This document shows, one piece after another, positions 38,796 through 47,151 of a stretch of 64,000 nt of DNA (positions are counted from its first letter, which is position 1; each line of letters begins with the position of its first letter). The translations under genes were made by a program, and so were the position numbers. Under the pieces are notes generated by a model. That model was not told where the DNA came from. It saw nothing but the letters and a program-made list of their open reading frames with translations, and did no database searches. The stretch lies in contig JBGAPI010000013.1 of assembly GCA_044221335.1 (NCBI GenBank), forward strand, positions 43,256-107,255, given 5' to 3'. Origin of the DNA: Ahniellaceae bacterium (GTDB taxonomy: Bacteria > Pseudomonadota > Gammaproteobacteria > Xanthomonadales > Ahniellaceae).

Positions 38796-40529
38796 ATGAC
38801 CCCGAATTCGTCGATCGCCCTCGCCCCGGAGCAGCGTCGCCAGCTCATCACCTTCCTGCTGCTGGCGACCGTGGTCCTCGCCGCCGGCATCGGGCTGCGC
38901 GATCCCTGGCCGTCGGACGAGCCGCGCTTCACGCTGGTCGCACGGCAGATGGTCGAATCCGGCGACTGGCTGTTCCCGCACCGCGGCACCGAGCTCTATT
39001 CGGACAAGCCGCCGCTGCTCATGTGGCTGGAGGCGGCCTGTTTCACGGTGACCGGCAACTGGCGCCTCGCCTTCCTGCTGCCGTCGCTGTTCGCCGCGCT
39101 GCTGACGCTCGGCTGCACCTACGACCTCGGCCGCCGGCTGTGGTCGCACCGCGCCGGCCTGATCGCCGCCGCCGCGATGCTGATCAACGTGCAGTTCGTC
39201 TACCAGATGAAGCGCGCCCAGATCGACCCGCTGGTCACCGGCTGGATCACCCTCGCCAACTGGGGCCTGCTGCTGCATTTCCTGCGCGGGCCGGACTGGA
39301 GGAAGTACTGGCTCGGCTGCTTCGCCGCCGGCCTTGGAGTGATCAGCAAGGGCGTCGGCGTGCTGGCGCTGCTGCTGTTCCTGCCCTACCTCGTCGCCCG
39401 CTGGCAGAAGTGGGACGGAGTGACGATCACGCGCGCGAGCGCCGGCAAGTGGTTGTTGGGCGGCGTCGCCTTCCTCGCGGCGATCGCGATCTGGCTGGTG
39501 CCGATGCTGATCGCCGCGAAGACCCGCGCCAATCCGGAGTACGACGCCTACGTCAACGACCTGCTGTTCCGTCAGACCGCCAAGCGCTACTCCGAGTCCT
39601 GGTCGCACATGCAGCCGCCCTGGTACTTCGCGAGCGTCATGCTGTTCAACTGGCTGCCGTTCTCGCTGCTGTACTTCGGCGCCCTGCCGGGCTGGTGGGC
39701 CGCCTTCAAGGCGCGCGAGCCGCGGGTGGTGCTGCCGCTGGTCTGGGTCGCGATCATCGTGCTGTTCTTCTCGATCCCGGCGGGCAAGCGCGACGTCTAC
39801 GTGATGCCGGCGCTGCCGATGATCGTGCTGGCGATGGCGCCGGCGCTCGAGGCGATGCTGGCGGCGGCCTGGCTGCGCACGCTCGGCTTCGTGTTCGCGC
39901 TGGCCGCGGGCGTGGGCCTCAGCGGCTACGCCGGCTGGGCGCTGGCGAAGAAGCCGCAGTCGGTGCTGGACCTGATCGCCCGCAAGATCACCGAGGAGGA
40001 CCCGCTGCCGGTCCTGCAGATGGGTCTCGCGATGGGCCTCGTCTGCCTCGCCGCCGCCGCCTGGTTCCGCTGGCGCCGCGGCGGCCAGGCTCTCTGGTTC
40101 GCGATGGCCGGGATGTTCGTGATCTACGGCCTCGTCGGCTACCCGCTCGCCAACGACGGCAGCTCCAGCCTCCGGGTGATGCGCCGCGCCGGCGAGATCG
40201 TCGGACCGGAGGGCGAGATCGGCCTCGTCGCCTGGAAGGAACAGAACATGCTGATGGCAGACCGCAAGGTCGCCGACTTCGGCTTCAAGAAGCCCTGGAA
40301 CGAGCAGTTCGTGGCGGCCCGCACCTGGCAGGCCGCAAAGCCCGCGTCGCGCTGGATCTTCCTCAACGAGAAGGCGATCACCGCCTGCGTCGACCGCGAC
40401 AAGGCCGTCCTTGCCGGCGCCTCCAACCGCCGCAAGTGGTACCTGCTGCCCGCCGCCGCGGTGAAGCCCGACTGCGACCCCGGCGCCGATGACGACACGG
40501 CCGAGGCGAACGAGGCGGCGGATCCCTAG
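38796..40529 (+). CDS. Glycosyltransferase family 39 (ArnT-like) membrane protein, second copy
   Basis: LRDPWPSDEPRFTLVARQMVESGDWLFP ... YSDKPPLLMWL. 577 aa, multi-TM. Confidence 0.8.
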   Translation: MTPNSSIALAPEQRRQLITFLLLATVVLAAGIGLRDPWPSDEPRFTLVARQMVESGDWLFPHRGTELYSDKPPLLMWLEAACFTVTGNWRLAFLLPSLFAALLTLGCTYDLGRRLWSHRAGLIAAAAMLINVQFVYQMKRAQIDPLVTGWITLANWGLLLHFLRGPDWRKYWLGCFAAGLGVISKGVGVLALLLFLPYLVARWQKWDGVTITRASAGKWLLGGVAFLAAIAIWLVPMLIAAKTRANPEYDAYVNDLLFRQTAKRYSESWSHMQPPWYFASVMLFNWLPFSLLYFGALPGWWAAFKAREPRVVLPLVWVAIIVLFFSIPAGKRDVYVMPALPMIVLAMAPALEAMLAAAWLRTLGFVFALAAGVGLSGYAGWALAKKPQSVLDLIARKITEEDPLPVLQMGLAMGLVCLAAAAWFRWRRGGQALWFAMAGMFVIYGLVGYPLANDGSSSLRVMRRAGEIVGPEGEIGLVAWKEQNMLMADRKVADFGFKKPWNEQFVAARTWQAAKPASRWIFLNEKAITACVDRDKAVLAGASNRRKWYLLPAAAVKPDCDPGADDDTAEANEAADP

Positions 40530-40539
40530 CGGGTCCCGG

Positions 40540-41829
40540 TCAGCGGCCGAGCGCCCACCCCGCCAGCGCCGCCCCCGCCACCACCCATGCCACCGGCATC
40601 CGCCGCCACAGCGCGACCGCGGCCGCCACCGCGATCAGCAGCGCGCGGAGGTCGACGCTCGCGGGGTCGGGCAGCAGCAGGCGCCCGGCGCCGCCGAGGT
40701 CCAGCGTGATCTGACCGCGGAACAGCACGTGGAAGGAGAACCACAGCGCCAGCTGGGCGATCACGCCGAGTACCGCGGCGCGGATCGCGGTCAGCGCGGC
40801 ACGGAGGCCGGCGTGATGGCGCAGACGCTCGGCGTGCGCCGCACCGGCGAAGATCCAGACGAAGGACGGCACGAAGGTGCACCAGGTCGCGAGCGCGGCT
40901 CCGGCGAGCGCCGTGCCCCAGTCGGCCGCGGCGTGGAATCCGGCGACCTGACCGACGAACTGGTTGACCAGCACCAGCGGGCCCGGCGTGGTCTCGGCGA
41001 GCCCGAGGCCGTCGATCATCTGGCCCGCCGCGAGCCAGCCCTCCACCTCGACCGCCTGCTGCTGCAGGTAGGCGAGCAGCGCATAGGCGCCGCCGAAGCT
41101 GACCACCGCCATCCGGCTGAACAGCACGGCGATGCGGAACAGCACGTGATCCGGATCCCAGGCGGCGAGCAGCGCGATGGGCAGGATCCACGCGCCCGCC
41201 ATCGTCAATGTCGCGCGCCAGGGACTGCGCGGTTCGGGCCGCGCGATGCCGGCGCCGTCACCGGTGGCTGCCGGCTCGCCGGCCTCGCCGCGCCACGCGC
41301 CGATCAGCGCCGCCAGCGCGATCAGCAGGGGGAACGGGACCTGCCAGAGCGCCAGGGCCAGCACGGTCATCAGCGCGACGAAGTGATCGCTGCGCCGGCG
41401 CAGCGCACGGCGGGCGAGCCGGAGACCGGCCTCGGCGATCAGGGCCAGCACCGCGGCCTTGATCCCGAGGAACAGTGCCGCGACGGCGGGGAGCTGGCCG
41501 AAGGCGAGATACAAGCTGGTGAGCGCCAGCACCACCAAGGCGCCGGGCAGCACGAACAGCGTGCCGGCGATCAACCCGCCGCGGACACCCTGGAGCAGCC
41601 AGCCGACATAGATCGCCAATTGCTGCGCCTCGGGGCCCGGCAGCACCATGCAGTAGTTGAGGGCATGCAGGAAGCGCGGCTCGTCGATCCAGCGGCGCTC
41701 GTCGACGTAGATCCGGTGCATCAGCGCGATCTGCCCGACCGGCCCGCCGAAGCCGAGCAGGCCGATGCGCAGGCTCTCGCGGGCGAGGTCGCCGAGGGAC
41801 ACGTCGGCGGTGGCGGCTTTGGTCGTCAT
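40540..41829 (-). CDS. chrA: Chromate transporter ChrA (long, two-domain form)
   Basis: LGFGGPVGQIALMHR ... and a duplicated second half VVSFGGAYALLAYLQ. Matches the CHR family. 429 aa. Confidence 0.85.
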   Translation of the reverse strand: MTTKAATADVSLGDLARESLRIGLLGFGGPVGQIALMHRIYVDERRWIDEPRFLHALNYCMVLPGPEAQQLAIYVGWLLQGVRGGLIAGTLFVLPGALVVLALTSLYLAFGQLPAVAALFLGIKAAVLALIAEAGLRLARRALRRRSDHFVALMTVLALALWQVPFPLLIALAALIGAWRGEAGEPAATGDGAGIARPEPRSPWRATLTMAGAWILPIALLAAWDPDHVLFRIAVLFSRMAVVSFGGAYALLAYLQQQAVEVEGWLAAGQMIDGLGLAETTPGPLVLVNQFVGQVAGFHAAADWGTALAGAALATWCTFVPSFVWIFAGAAHAERLRHHAGLRAALTAIRAAVLGVIAQLALWFSFHVLFRGQITLDLGGAGRLLLPDPASVDLRALLIAVAAAVALWRRMPVAWVVAGAALAGWALGR

Positions 41830-41883
41830 GGGTCGGGGATCGTAGAGCGGCGCTCGCGCCGCTGCCCGTCGGCCGATTCGACG

Positions 41884-42894
41884 TCAGGGTGTAGCAAAGT
41901 CGAACCTCGGCGCGGCCGCATCGTTCGCCCGTTCGAACGCCGCGGCCGCGCATGCCACGTCCTCTAGCGCGCTGCCGGTCGAATCGAACACGACGATCGT
42001 GTCCTCGCTGACGCGCCCCGGACGATCGCCGGCAACCACCGCCGCCAGCTCCGCGTAGTCCTCGTCGGTACGCCGCCTCCCGGCCGCGATCGCGTGGCGC
42101 AGGTCCCCCATCGCCAGGCACTGCGCGATCGAATCGACCACCACGTCCGCCGCAGCCATCAGCTCCGCGGCAATCTCGTTCTTCTGCGGATGGTCGGCGC
42201 CGACCGCGGCGACGAAGCTGCCCGGCGTCACCATCGAGGCATCGAGGAAGGGCGTCCGTGCCGGTGTCAGCGTCACGATCAGGTCGCTGTCACGCGCCGC
42301 GGCGGCGAGGTCGGTGCGGGTGTCGACGGCGATACCGTGGCGCTCGCGCATTCGCGCCGCAAATGCCTCGGCCCGGGCGCTGTCGAGGTCGACGGCGCGG
42401 ACGGCCGCGAGGGACCGGACCGCGCCGAGCGCCAGCAGATGGTCCTCGGCCTGAGCACCGCAGCCGACCAGCAGCAGGCGCGAGGCATCGGCGCGCGCCA
42501 GGCGGTCGGCGGCCAGAGCGCTGGTGGCGGCGGTGCGGAGCGTCGTCAGCGCGATCGAATCCAGCAGTGCGAGCAGGCGACCGTCGTTGGCGTCGGCCAG
42601 CACCGCCACGCCCTGGATCGTCGGCAAGCCGTGACGCTCGGGATTGCCGGGGAAGTTCCCATTGAGCTTCAGCGCGAAGTAGTCGCGCCCGCCTCTGAGG
42701 AGTCGCGCGGCCTTGGCGTGGAAGCCGCCGTGAGCCAGCGCGACGTGCAGCGGCAGCGGGCTCTCGGCGTCGCCGTTGCGCGACGCGCTGAGCGCCGCGG
42801 CGATCGCGCCCCGGGCCACTGCCGGCGCCAGCAGGCGCCGCAGCGCAGCACCGTCGAGCAGCGCACACGCACCGGTGGCGCTCACGGCGTCCAC
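41884..42894 (-). CDS. Ornithine cyclodeaminase / mu-crystallin family protein
   Basis: Rossmann motif LLLVGCGAQAEDHLLAL. Overall OCD_Mu_crystallin architecture. 336 aa. Confidence 0.75.
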   Translation of the reverse strand: MDAVSATGACALLDGAALRRLLAPAVARGAIAAALSASRNGDAESPLPLHVALAHGGFHAKAARLLRGGRDYFALKLNGNFPGNPERHGLPTIQGVAVLADANDGRLLALLDSIALTTLRTAATSALAADRLARADASRLLLVGCGAQAEDHLLALGAVRSLAAVRAVDLDSARAEAFAARMRERHGIAVDTRTDLAAAARDSDLIVTLTPARTPFLDASMVTPGSFVAAVGADHPQKNEIAAELMAAADVVVDSIAQCLAMGDLRHAIAAGRRRTDEDYAELAAVVAGDRPGRVSEDTIVVFDSTGSALEDVACAAAAFERANDAAAPRFDFATP

Positions 42895-43391
42895 CGGTGC
42901 GCCGAGGCGGCGCCGCGCTCGAGGTAGGCGAAGAGGGCGTCGTACACCGCCATTCCGGCCCGGAGCAGTTCCTGGTCGTCGTCATGAAGTTTCGCGAGCC
43001 CCAGTGCGATCGCGTGCAGGCCCGCGCTCTCCGGCGCGAGGTCGTGCCGGTCGGTGTCGGCACCGCGGACGATCACCGCGAGTCGGTCGAGCGTCGGCGT
43101 CCGCAGCGCGAGCGCGTCGAGCAGGGCGTCGAAACTGCAGCGCTCGCCGACGTGGCTGATCGGCGCGCCGGGCAGGTCGAACGCGACGGCCCCTTCGGCC
43201 GCTGCGACGGCGAACACCTCGGCGGCCGGTACGTAGTGCACGATCGCATCCGGATCCGCGAACCGTCGGACCAGCCAAGGGCAGGCGATGCGGTCGATCT
43301 TCGGGCGCGCGCGGGTGACCCAGCGGGTCGGGCGGGTCCGGCCGCAGAGTCGTTCCAGCGCGGTCGCGGTGGTCGCCAACGCTTGGTCCAT
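42882..43391 (-). CDS. Chromate resistance protein, ChrB C-terminal-domain family
   Basis: WVTRARPKIDRIACPWLVRRFADPDAIVHYVP matches the conserved ChrB_C block. 169 aa. Overlaps the OCD start by 13 nt. Confidence 0.7.
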   Translation of the reverse strand: MDQALATTATALERLCGRTRPTRWVTRARPKIDRIACPWLVRRFADPDAIVHYVPAAEVFAVAAAEGAVAFDLPGAPISHVGERCSFDALLDALALRTPTLDRLAVIVRGADTDRHDLAPESAGLHAIALGLAKLHDDDQELLRAGMAVYDALFAYLERGAASAHRWTP

Positions 43392-43467
43392 GCTTGTCTC
43401 CCCGATCGATGCGCTTCATGCTGTCCCGGCCACAGGCGGCATGCAAACGCAACGATTTCACGTATCC

Positions 43468-44391
43468 ATGAAATCGATTCATGTTGTGCCCTCCCGACCC
43501 TGGCGCCCGCCGGCCCTTGCGGCGCTGCGAGCGCTGGAGGCGAGCGCGCGCCTCGGCAGCTTCACCCGCGCCGCCACGGAGCTCAGCGTCAGCCAGAGCG
43601 CGGTCAGCCATGCGATCGCCGGGCTGGAGCGCCACCTCGGCCACGCCCTGTTCGACCGTGTTCCCGGCGGCCTCGAGCTCACCGCGGCCGGCCGTCGCTA
43701 TCTGGCGCACGTGGTCGACGCGCTGGCCAGCCTGCGGGCCGCCGAGCAGGCGCTCCGTCCCGCGCGCGGGCGGGAGCGTCAGCTCACGGTCAGCGTGTCG
43801 CCGAGCTTTGCCGCCAAGTGGCTGGCGCCGCGGCTGTCGGCCTTCGCGACGGCGAATCCCGATCTCGATCTCAGGATCAGCGCCAACCCGCAGCACATCG
43901 ACTTCGACGACGGCGAGGTCGATCTCGCGGTCCGTCATGGCGACGGCCACTGGCCCGGGCTCGAGGCCGTCCGACTGGCCGAGGAGACGCTGTTCCCGGC
44001 CTGCGCGCCGGAGCTCGCGCGGCGACTGAAACTGCGCTCGCCGCGCGATCTCGCCGCGGCGCCGCTCCTGCATCATCGCGACATCGACGCCTGGCGGGCC
44101 TGGTTCGTCGCCGCCGGTCTCCGCTCCGCGGCCCGGCGACTGGCCGGAGCGCAATTCAACGAGATGAGTCTCGTCATCGACGCGGCCGTCGCCGGCCAGG
44201 GCGTCGCCCTGGTCCGCAGCGCTCTCGCCGCCCGCGACCTCGCCAGCGGCCGCCTGGTGCGCCCGCTGCCCCTGTCGATCGCGGCGCCGTACGCGTATTG
44301 GATCGTATGCCCGCCGGGCAACTCGACGCTGGCCAAGGTGCGCCGGTTTCGCGAGTGGCTGGCAGCCGAAGCGGCAGCCGATCGCATGTAG
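43468..44391 (+). CDS. LysR-family transcriptional regulator
   Basis: HTH: LAALRALEASARLGSFTRAATELSVSQSAVSHAIAGLE. LysR substrate-binding domain follows. Divergent from the chr operon. Confidence 0.85.
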   Translation: MKSIHVVPSRPWRPPALAALRALEASARLGSFTRAATELSVSQSAVSHAIAGLERHLGHALFDRVPGGLELTAAGRRYLAHVVDALASLRAAEQALRPARGRERQLTVSVSPSFAAKWLAPRLSAFATANPDLDLRISANPQHIDFDDGEVDLAVRHGDGHWPGLEAVRLAEETLFPACAPELARRLKLRSPRDLAAAPLLHHRDIDAWRAWFVAAGLRSAARRLAGAQFNEMSLVIDAAVAGQGVALVRSALAARDLASGRLVRPLPLSIAAPYAYWIVCPPGNSTLAKVRRFREWLAAEAAADRM

Positions 44392-44419
44392 GCGCGGCGC
44401 AAGCCGCGATGTCCGAAGC

Positions 44420-44455
44420 AAAAAAAGAGCCGCGCGGCGTCCTGCCGCGCGGCTC
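44420..44455 (-). terminator. Rho-independent terminator (minus strand) downstream of the SPFH gene
   Basis: On the minus strand: gagccgcgcggcaggacgccgcgcggctc followed by ttttttt. A second GC hairpin ccctctcccccgacgagtcgggggagaggg lies at 44493-44524. Confidence 0.65.
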
Positions 44456-44578
44456 GAATGTTCGCGGTGCGGCATTCCCCCGCACCCCTGACCCTCTCCC
44501 CCGACGAGTCGGGGGAGAGGGGGAGTGGGGGTCACGCTGCGCGCGACTCGCACTCAGAGCTAGCGCGGCGATGCCGCC

Positions 44579-45739
44579 CTAGGCACTGATCTTCACCAGA
44601 TCCTTCAGCACACCGTCGAGTCCGCCGAAGACGGTGAGCTTGTCGATCTTGTCGGTGACCTTCTCCAGGGTCTCCAGTTCCTTCAGGCGCAGCAGCACCG
44701 GGCTGTCTTCCATCAGCTTCGCGGTGTTGAGCAGCGACCGGGTCGCCGCGGTCTCCTCGCGCCGACGGATCACGTTCGCCTGCGCCGCCTTCTCGGCCTG
44801 GACCACCTGGTTCAGGATCTCCTTCATCTCGCCGGGCAGGATCAGGTCCTTCACGCCCGCGCCGACGAGTTCGATGCCGTAGTCCGCCAGCTTTTCCGAC
44901 GCGACCTCGAACACGGCCGCGTCGAGCTCGCCCTTGTTGCCGAGCAGGGTGTCGAGCAGCCGGGTGCCGATCGCCTGGCGCAGGCCGAACTGCAGCTCGC
45001 GGTACAGCGCGTCCTTGAAGTCGCCGAGCCGGGAACGCACCCGCACCGGGTCGACGATGCGGTAGCTCGCCGACAGGTTGGCACGCAGGCTGACCTTGTC
45101 CTTGGTCAGGATTTCCTGGCCGGAGACCTCGATCGCCTGGACGCGCAGGTCGACAAGCTCGATCGCGACGTTGCGGCCGAACTTCCAGTAGCCGTAGACA
45201 CCCGGCTCCAGGACGCGCTCGATGCGGCCGTTGACCGTCAGCAGGCCGACGCTCGCGACCGGCACCTCGCGGGACACCACCGCCGCCTGCACTTCCCGGA
45301 CCAGCGCCGGCGCGGTGCCCGCCACCGGCGTCGCCAGCACCCGGAGCACCGGCTCCGGCACGGCGTAGCCGAGGCCGAGGTCGACCCGCTTGACCTCGAC
45401 CGCCACCAGGCCCTTCCAGTAGACCTGGCGCGCGCCCGGGGCGAGCAGCGCCGCGAGCCGGCCGTCCTTGTAGACGAGACCGACCTCGTCGGCGCCGATC
45501 GCGACGAGCTCGAGGAAGCCCTCGACCAGCGACGGGTTCTCGCGCACGTAGGCCTCCGCGTTGGCGAAGCGCGCCTCCGGCACCGCGATATCCTCGGTGA
45601 CGATGCTGCTGCGGCCGGACTTCCAGTAGACGCCCGGAACCAGGATGGCGACCAGGCGTCCGTCGCGGAACTCGAGGCCGCGCTGGTACTGGGCGATGAC
45701 GACACGCTTGAAGCCGAACATGACACGCTCTCCTTGCAC
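44579..45739 (-). CDS. SPFH/band-7 (slipin-like) domain protein
   Basis: Band-7 core region (QEILTKDKVSLRANLSASYRIVDPVR...) and C-terminal coiled coil. 386 aa. Confidence 0.75.
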   Translation of the reverse strand: MQGERVMFGFKRVVIAQYQRGLEFRDGRLVAILVPGVYWKSGRSSIVTEDIAVPEARFANAEAYVRENPSLVEGFLELVAIGADEVGLVYKDGRLAALLAPGARQVYWKGLVAVEVKRVDLGLGYAVPEPVLRVLATPVAGTAPALVREVQAAVVSREVPVASVGLLTVNGRIERVLEPGVYGYWKFGRNVAIELVDLRVQAIEVSGQEILTKDKVSLRANLSASYRIVDPVRVRSRLGDFKDALYRELQFGLRQAIGTRLLDTLLGNKGELDAAVFEVASEKLADYGIELVGAGVKDLILPGEMKEILNQVVQAEKAAQANVIRRREETAATRSLLNTAKLMEDSPVLLRLKELETLEKVTDKIDKLTVFGGLDGVLKDLVKISA

Positions 45740-46142
45740 CTCGACTGGGTTGTCGCGTCCACGCGGGACGCCGCGCGCCGGAGGCTCGGCGCGCCGCTTT
45801 CATGGCGCTGCCGGCGCGTCGCGCCGGCAGCGGATCCTTCGAGAGGTCGGGCCCGTCCCACGCCGCCGCGCGGAAGACGACTCCGCAGGTCCGGCGACGA
45901 TGAGGTTCGGCAGGGTGCCGACGCCGCAGTCGCGCGATCCGGAGACCGCTCGACCGGGGACGTCCCACCATGCCGGCGCCCATCGCCGGCGAGCCCGCGA
46001 CCGATCGTCCGCAAGGCGCGTCGACGCCGTGCCGCATCCGGGCGCCGGCGGACCGGAGTCCGACGCCGCTGGGACCGCACCGGGAGGAAGCCCGATGGAG
46101 GATGTCGCCACCCTCCGGTGTCGCCTAACGCAGCTTTCCAAG

Positions 46143-46216
46143 CTGTTGGAGTGGGATTCGAACCCACGACTGCTGGAGTACAAGTCCAGTGCTCTAACCG
46201 ACTGAGCTATCCATGG
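46143..46216 (-). tRNA. tRNA-Thr(TGT)-like; the acceptor stem does not pair in its outer three positions
   Basis: On the minus strand: CCATGGA-TA-GCTC-AGTCGGTTA-GAGC-A-CTGGA-CTTGTAC-TCCAG-CAGTC-GTGGG-TTCGAAT-CCCAC-TCCAACA-G. D-arm, anticodon arm (anticodon TGT) and T-arm are canonical. Only 4 of 7 acceptor base pairs form: positions 1-3 read CCA where TGT would be needed. Confidence 0.6.
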
Positions 46217-46217
46217 G

Positions 46218-46290
46218 CGTCCCCGGATGGAATCGAACCACCGACCCCCGGCTCCGCGAGCCGGTGCTCTCTCCGCTGAGCCACGGGGAC
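46218..46290 (-). tRNA. tRNA with anticodon loop TCGCGGA (formal anticodon GCG, Arg; C33 is atypical). Isotype uncertain
   Basis: GTCCCCG-TG-GCTC-AGCGGAGA-GAGC-A-CCGGC-TCGCGGA-GCCGG-GGGTC-GGTGG-TTCGATT-CCATC-CGGGGAC-G. Perfect 7-bp acceptor stem. Only 1 nt separates it from the neighbouring tRNA. Confidence 0.7.
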
Positions 46291-46594
46291 GTACTGCATG
46301 CCGCCTTCCGCCACCGGTACGCGGCCACCCAGCGGGCACCGCGCCAGACGGCCCGGGTTTCCCCAAGACCGTTATCGCTGGCGAACGAAAGGACAGACCT
46401 GCCCGTCGACGCGATTAATTGCGCCTTGATTGGTTTAATTAGTTCGGCCGCTCGCCGAATTACGGCGAGGCCCTCGCCCGGCCCGGGCACCGCAACGTTC
46501 GCGCGAAGACCACGCATGTCGTGGCACGACGCGACGGCCCTCCGTCACGTCATCGCTGCGGTGCCCGGGCATCGTCGACCCGACGACGCGCTTT

Positions 46595-46826
46595 CGGCGC
46601 GCCGGAAAAGCAAAACCCCCGGAGACTCTCGCCTCCAGGGGTCTTGTACCCTCGGGAGGCCTGCTCGCGCAGGCCTCGTTCGCACGTGGCCTACGTCATT
46701 CCGGCAAGCTCGACAGCATGCCGGCGCGCGTTTGCGGCGCGGCGTTCCGGCGGCTGTCCTGCACGTGGAGGAAGTAAGTATTCACGTCGTTGTTCCCGAA
46801 TTCCGTAATGACTGCCGTTCGGCAGG
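46595..46826 (-). ncRNA. Candidate small RNA (about 230 nt) bounded by a sigma70-like promoter and an intrinsic terminator
   Basis: Minus-strand promoter: TTGACG (+46855-46860), 16-bp spacer, TATAGT (+46833-46838). Transcript contains hairpins ctgccgaacggcag and aggcctgcgcgagcaggcct plus a CUUCCUCC stretch. Terminator: 9-bp GC stem and UUUUGCUUUU (+46594-46636). No plausible ORF. Confidence 0.35.
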
Positions 46827-46832
46827 GCGCGA

Positions 46833-46860
46833 ACTATACGCCCGAATTCCGGCGCGTCAA
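46833..46860 (-). promoter_or_regulatory. Sigma70-type promoter (-35 TTGACG / 16 bp / -10 TATAGT) on the minus strand
   Basis: Reverse complement of 46833-46860 reads TTGACGcgccggaattcgggcgTATAGT. Lies in an unusually AT-rich noncoding stretch. Confidence 0.5.
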
Positions 46861-46911
46861 TAGTTTCGTCGCGGTTCCGACCGGCGGTAATTTATCCGGC
46901 GATGAACGCAT

Positions 46912-47151
46912 GCGTATGGAGCGTAGGGCGCGCACTGCGCGCCGTCGCCCCGGTCCCGCGGTCGATCGGCGCCAGGCCGATGGGTTTCGCGATGGCGGGC
47001 AAGGCCCGCGCTACTCGTCACCCGACAGCCACGCGTATGGAGCGTAGGGCGCGCACTGCGCGCCGTCGCCCCAGTCCTGCGGTCGATCGGCGCCAGGCCG
47101 ATGGGTTTCGCGATGGCGGGCAAGGCCCGCGCTACTCGTCACCCGACAGCA
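46912..47151. repeat. Tandem direct duplication, 2 x 120 bp (about 97% identity), containing REP3 units and the last 6 codons of the adjacent gene
   Basis: Unit gcgtatggagcgtagggcgcgcactgcgcgccgtcgcccc(g/a)gtcc(c/t)gcggtcgatcggcgccaggccgatgggtttcgcgatggcgggcaaggcccgcgctactcgtcacccgacagc. The second copy overlaps the 3' end of the AIM24 gene. Confidence 0.85.

Noticed and set aside
45740-46142. 400-bp GC-rich gap between the SPFH gene and the tRNAs, with an 11-bp perfect palindrome ctgccggcgcg/cgcgccggcag
   Set aside because: No promoter, terminator or ORF signal that I can support. Possibly a tRNA 3' trailer or degenerate REP. Left uncalled.
46521-47123. Small ORFs in the 46.3-47.1 kb gap (46521-46808 plus, 46790-47047 plus, 46857-47123 minus)
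   Set aside because: Poor GC3 for this genome. They run through REP3 repeats. The region is better explained as noncoding (promoter, candidate sRNA, repeats).
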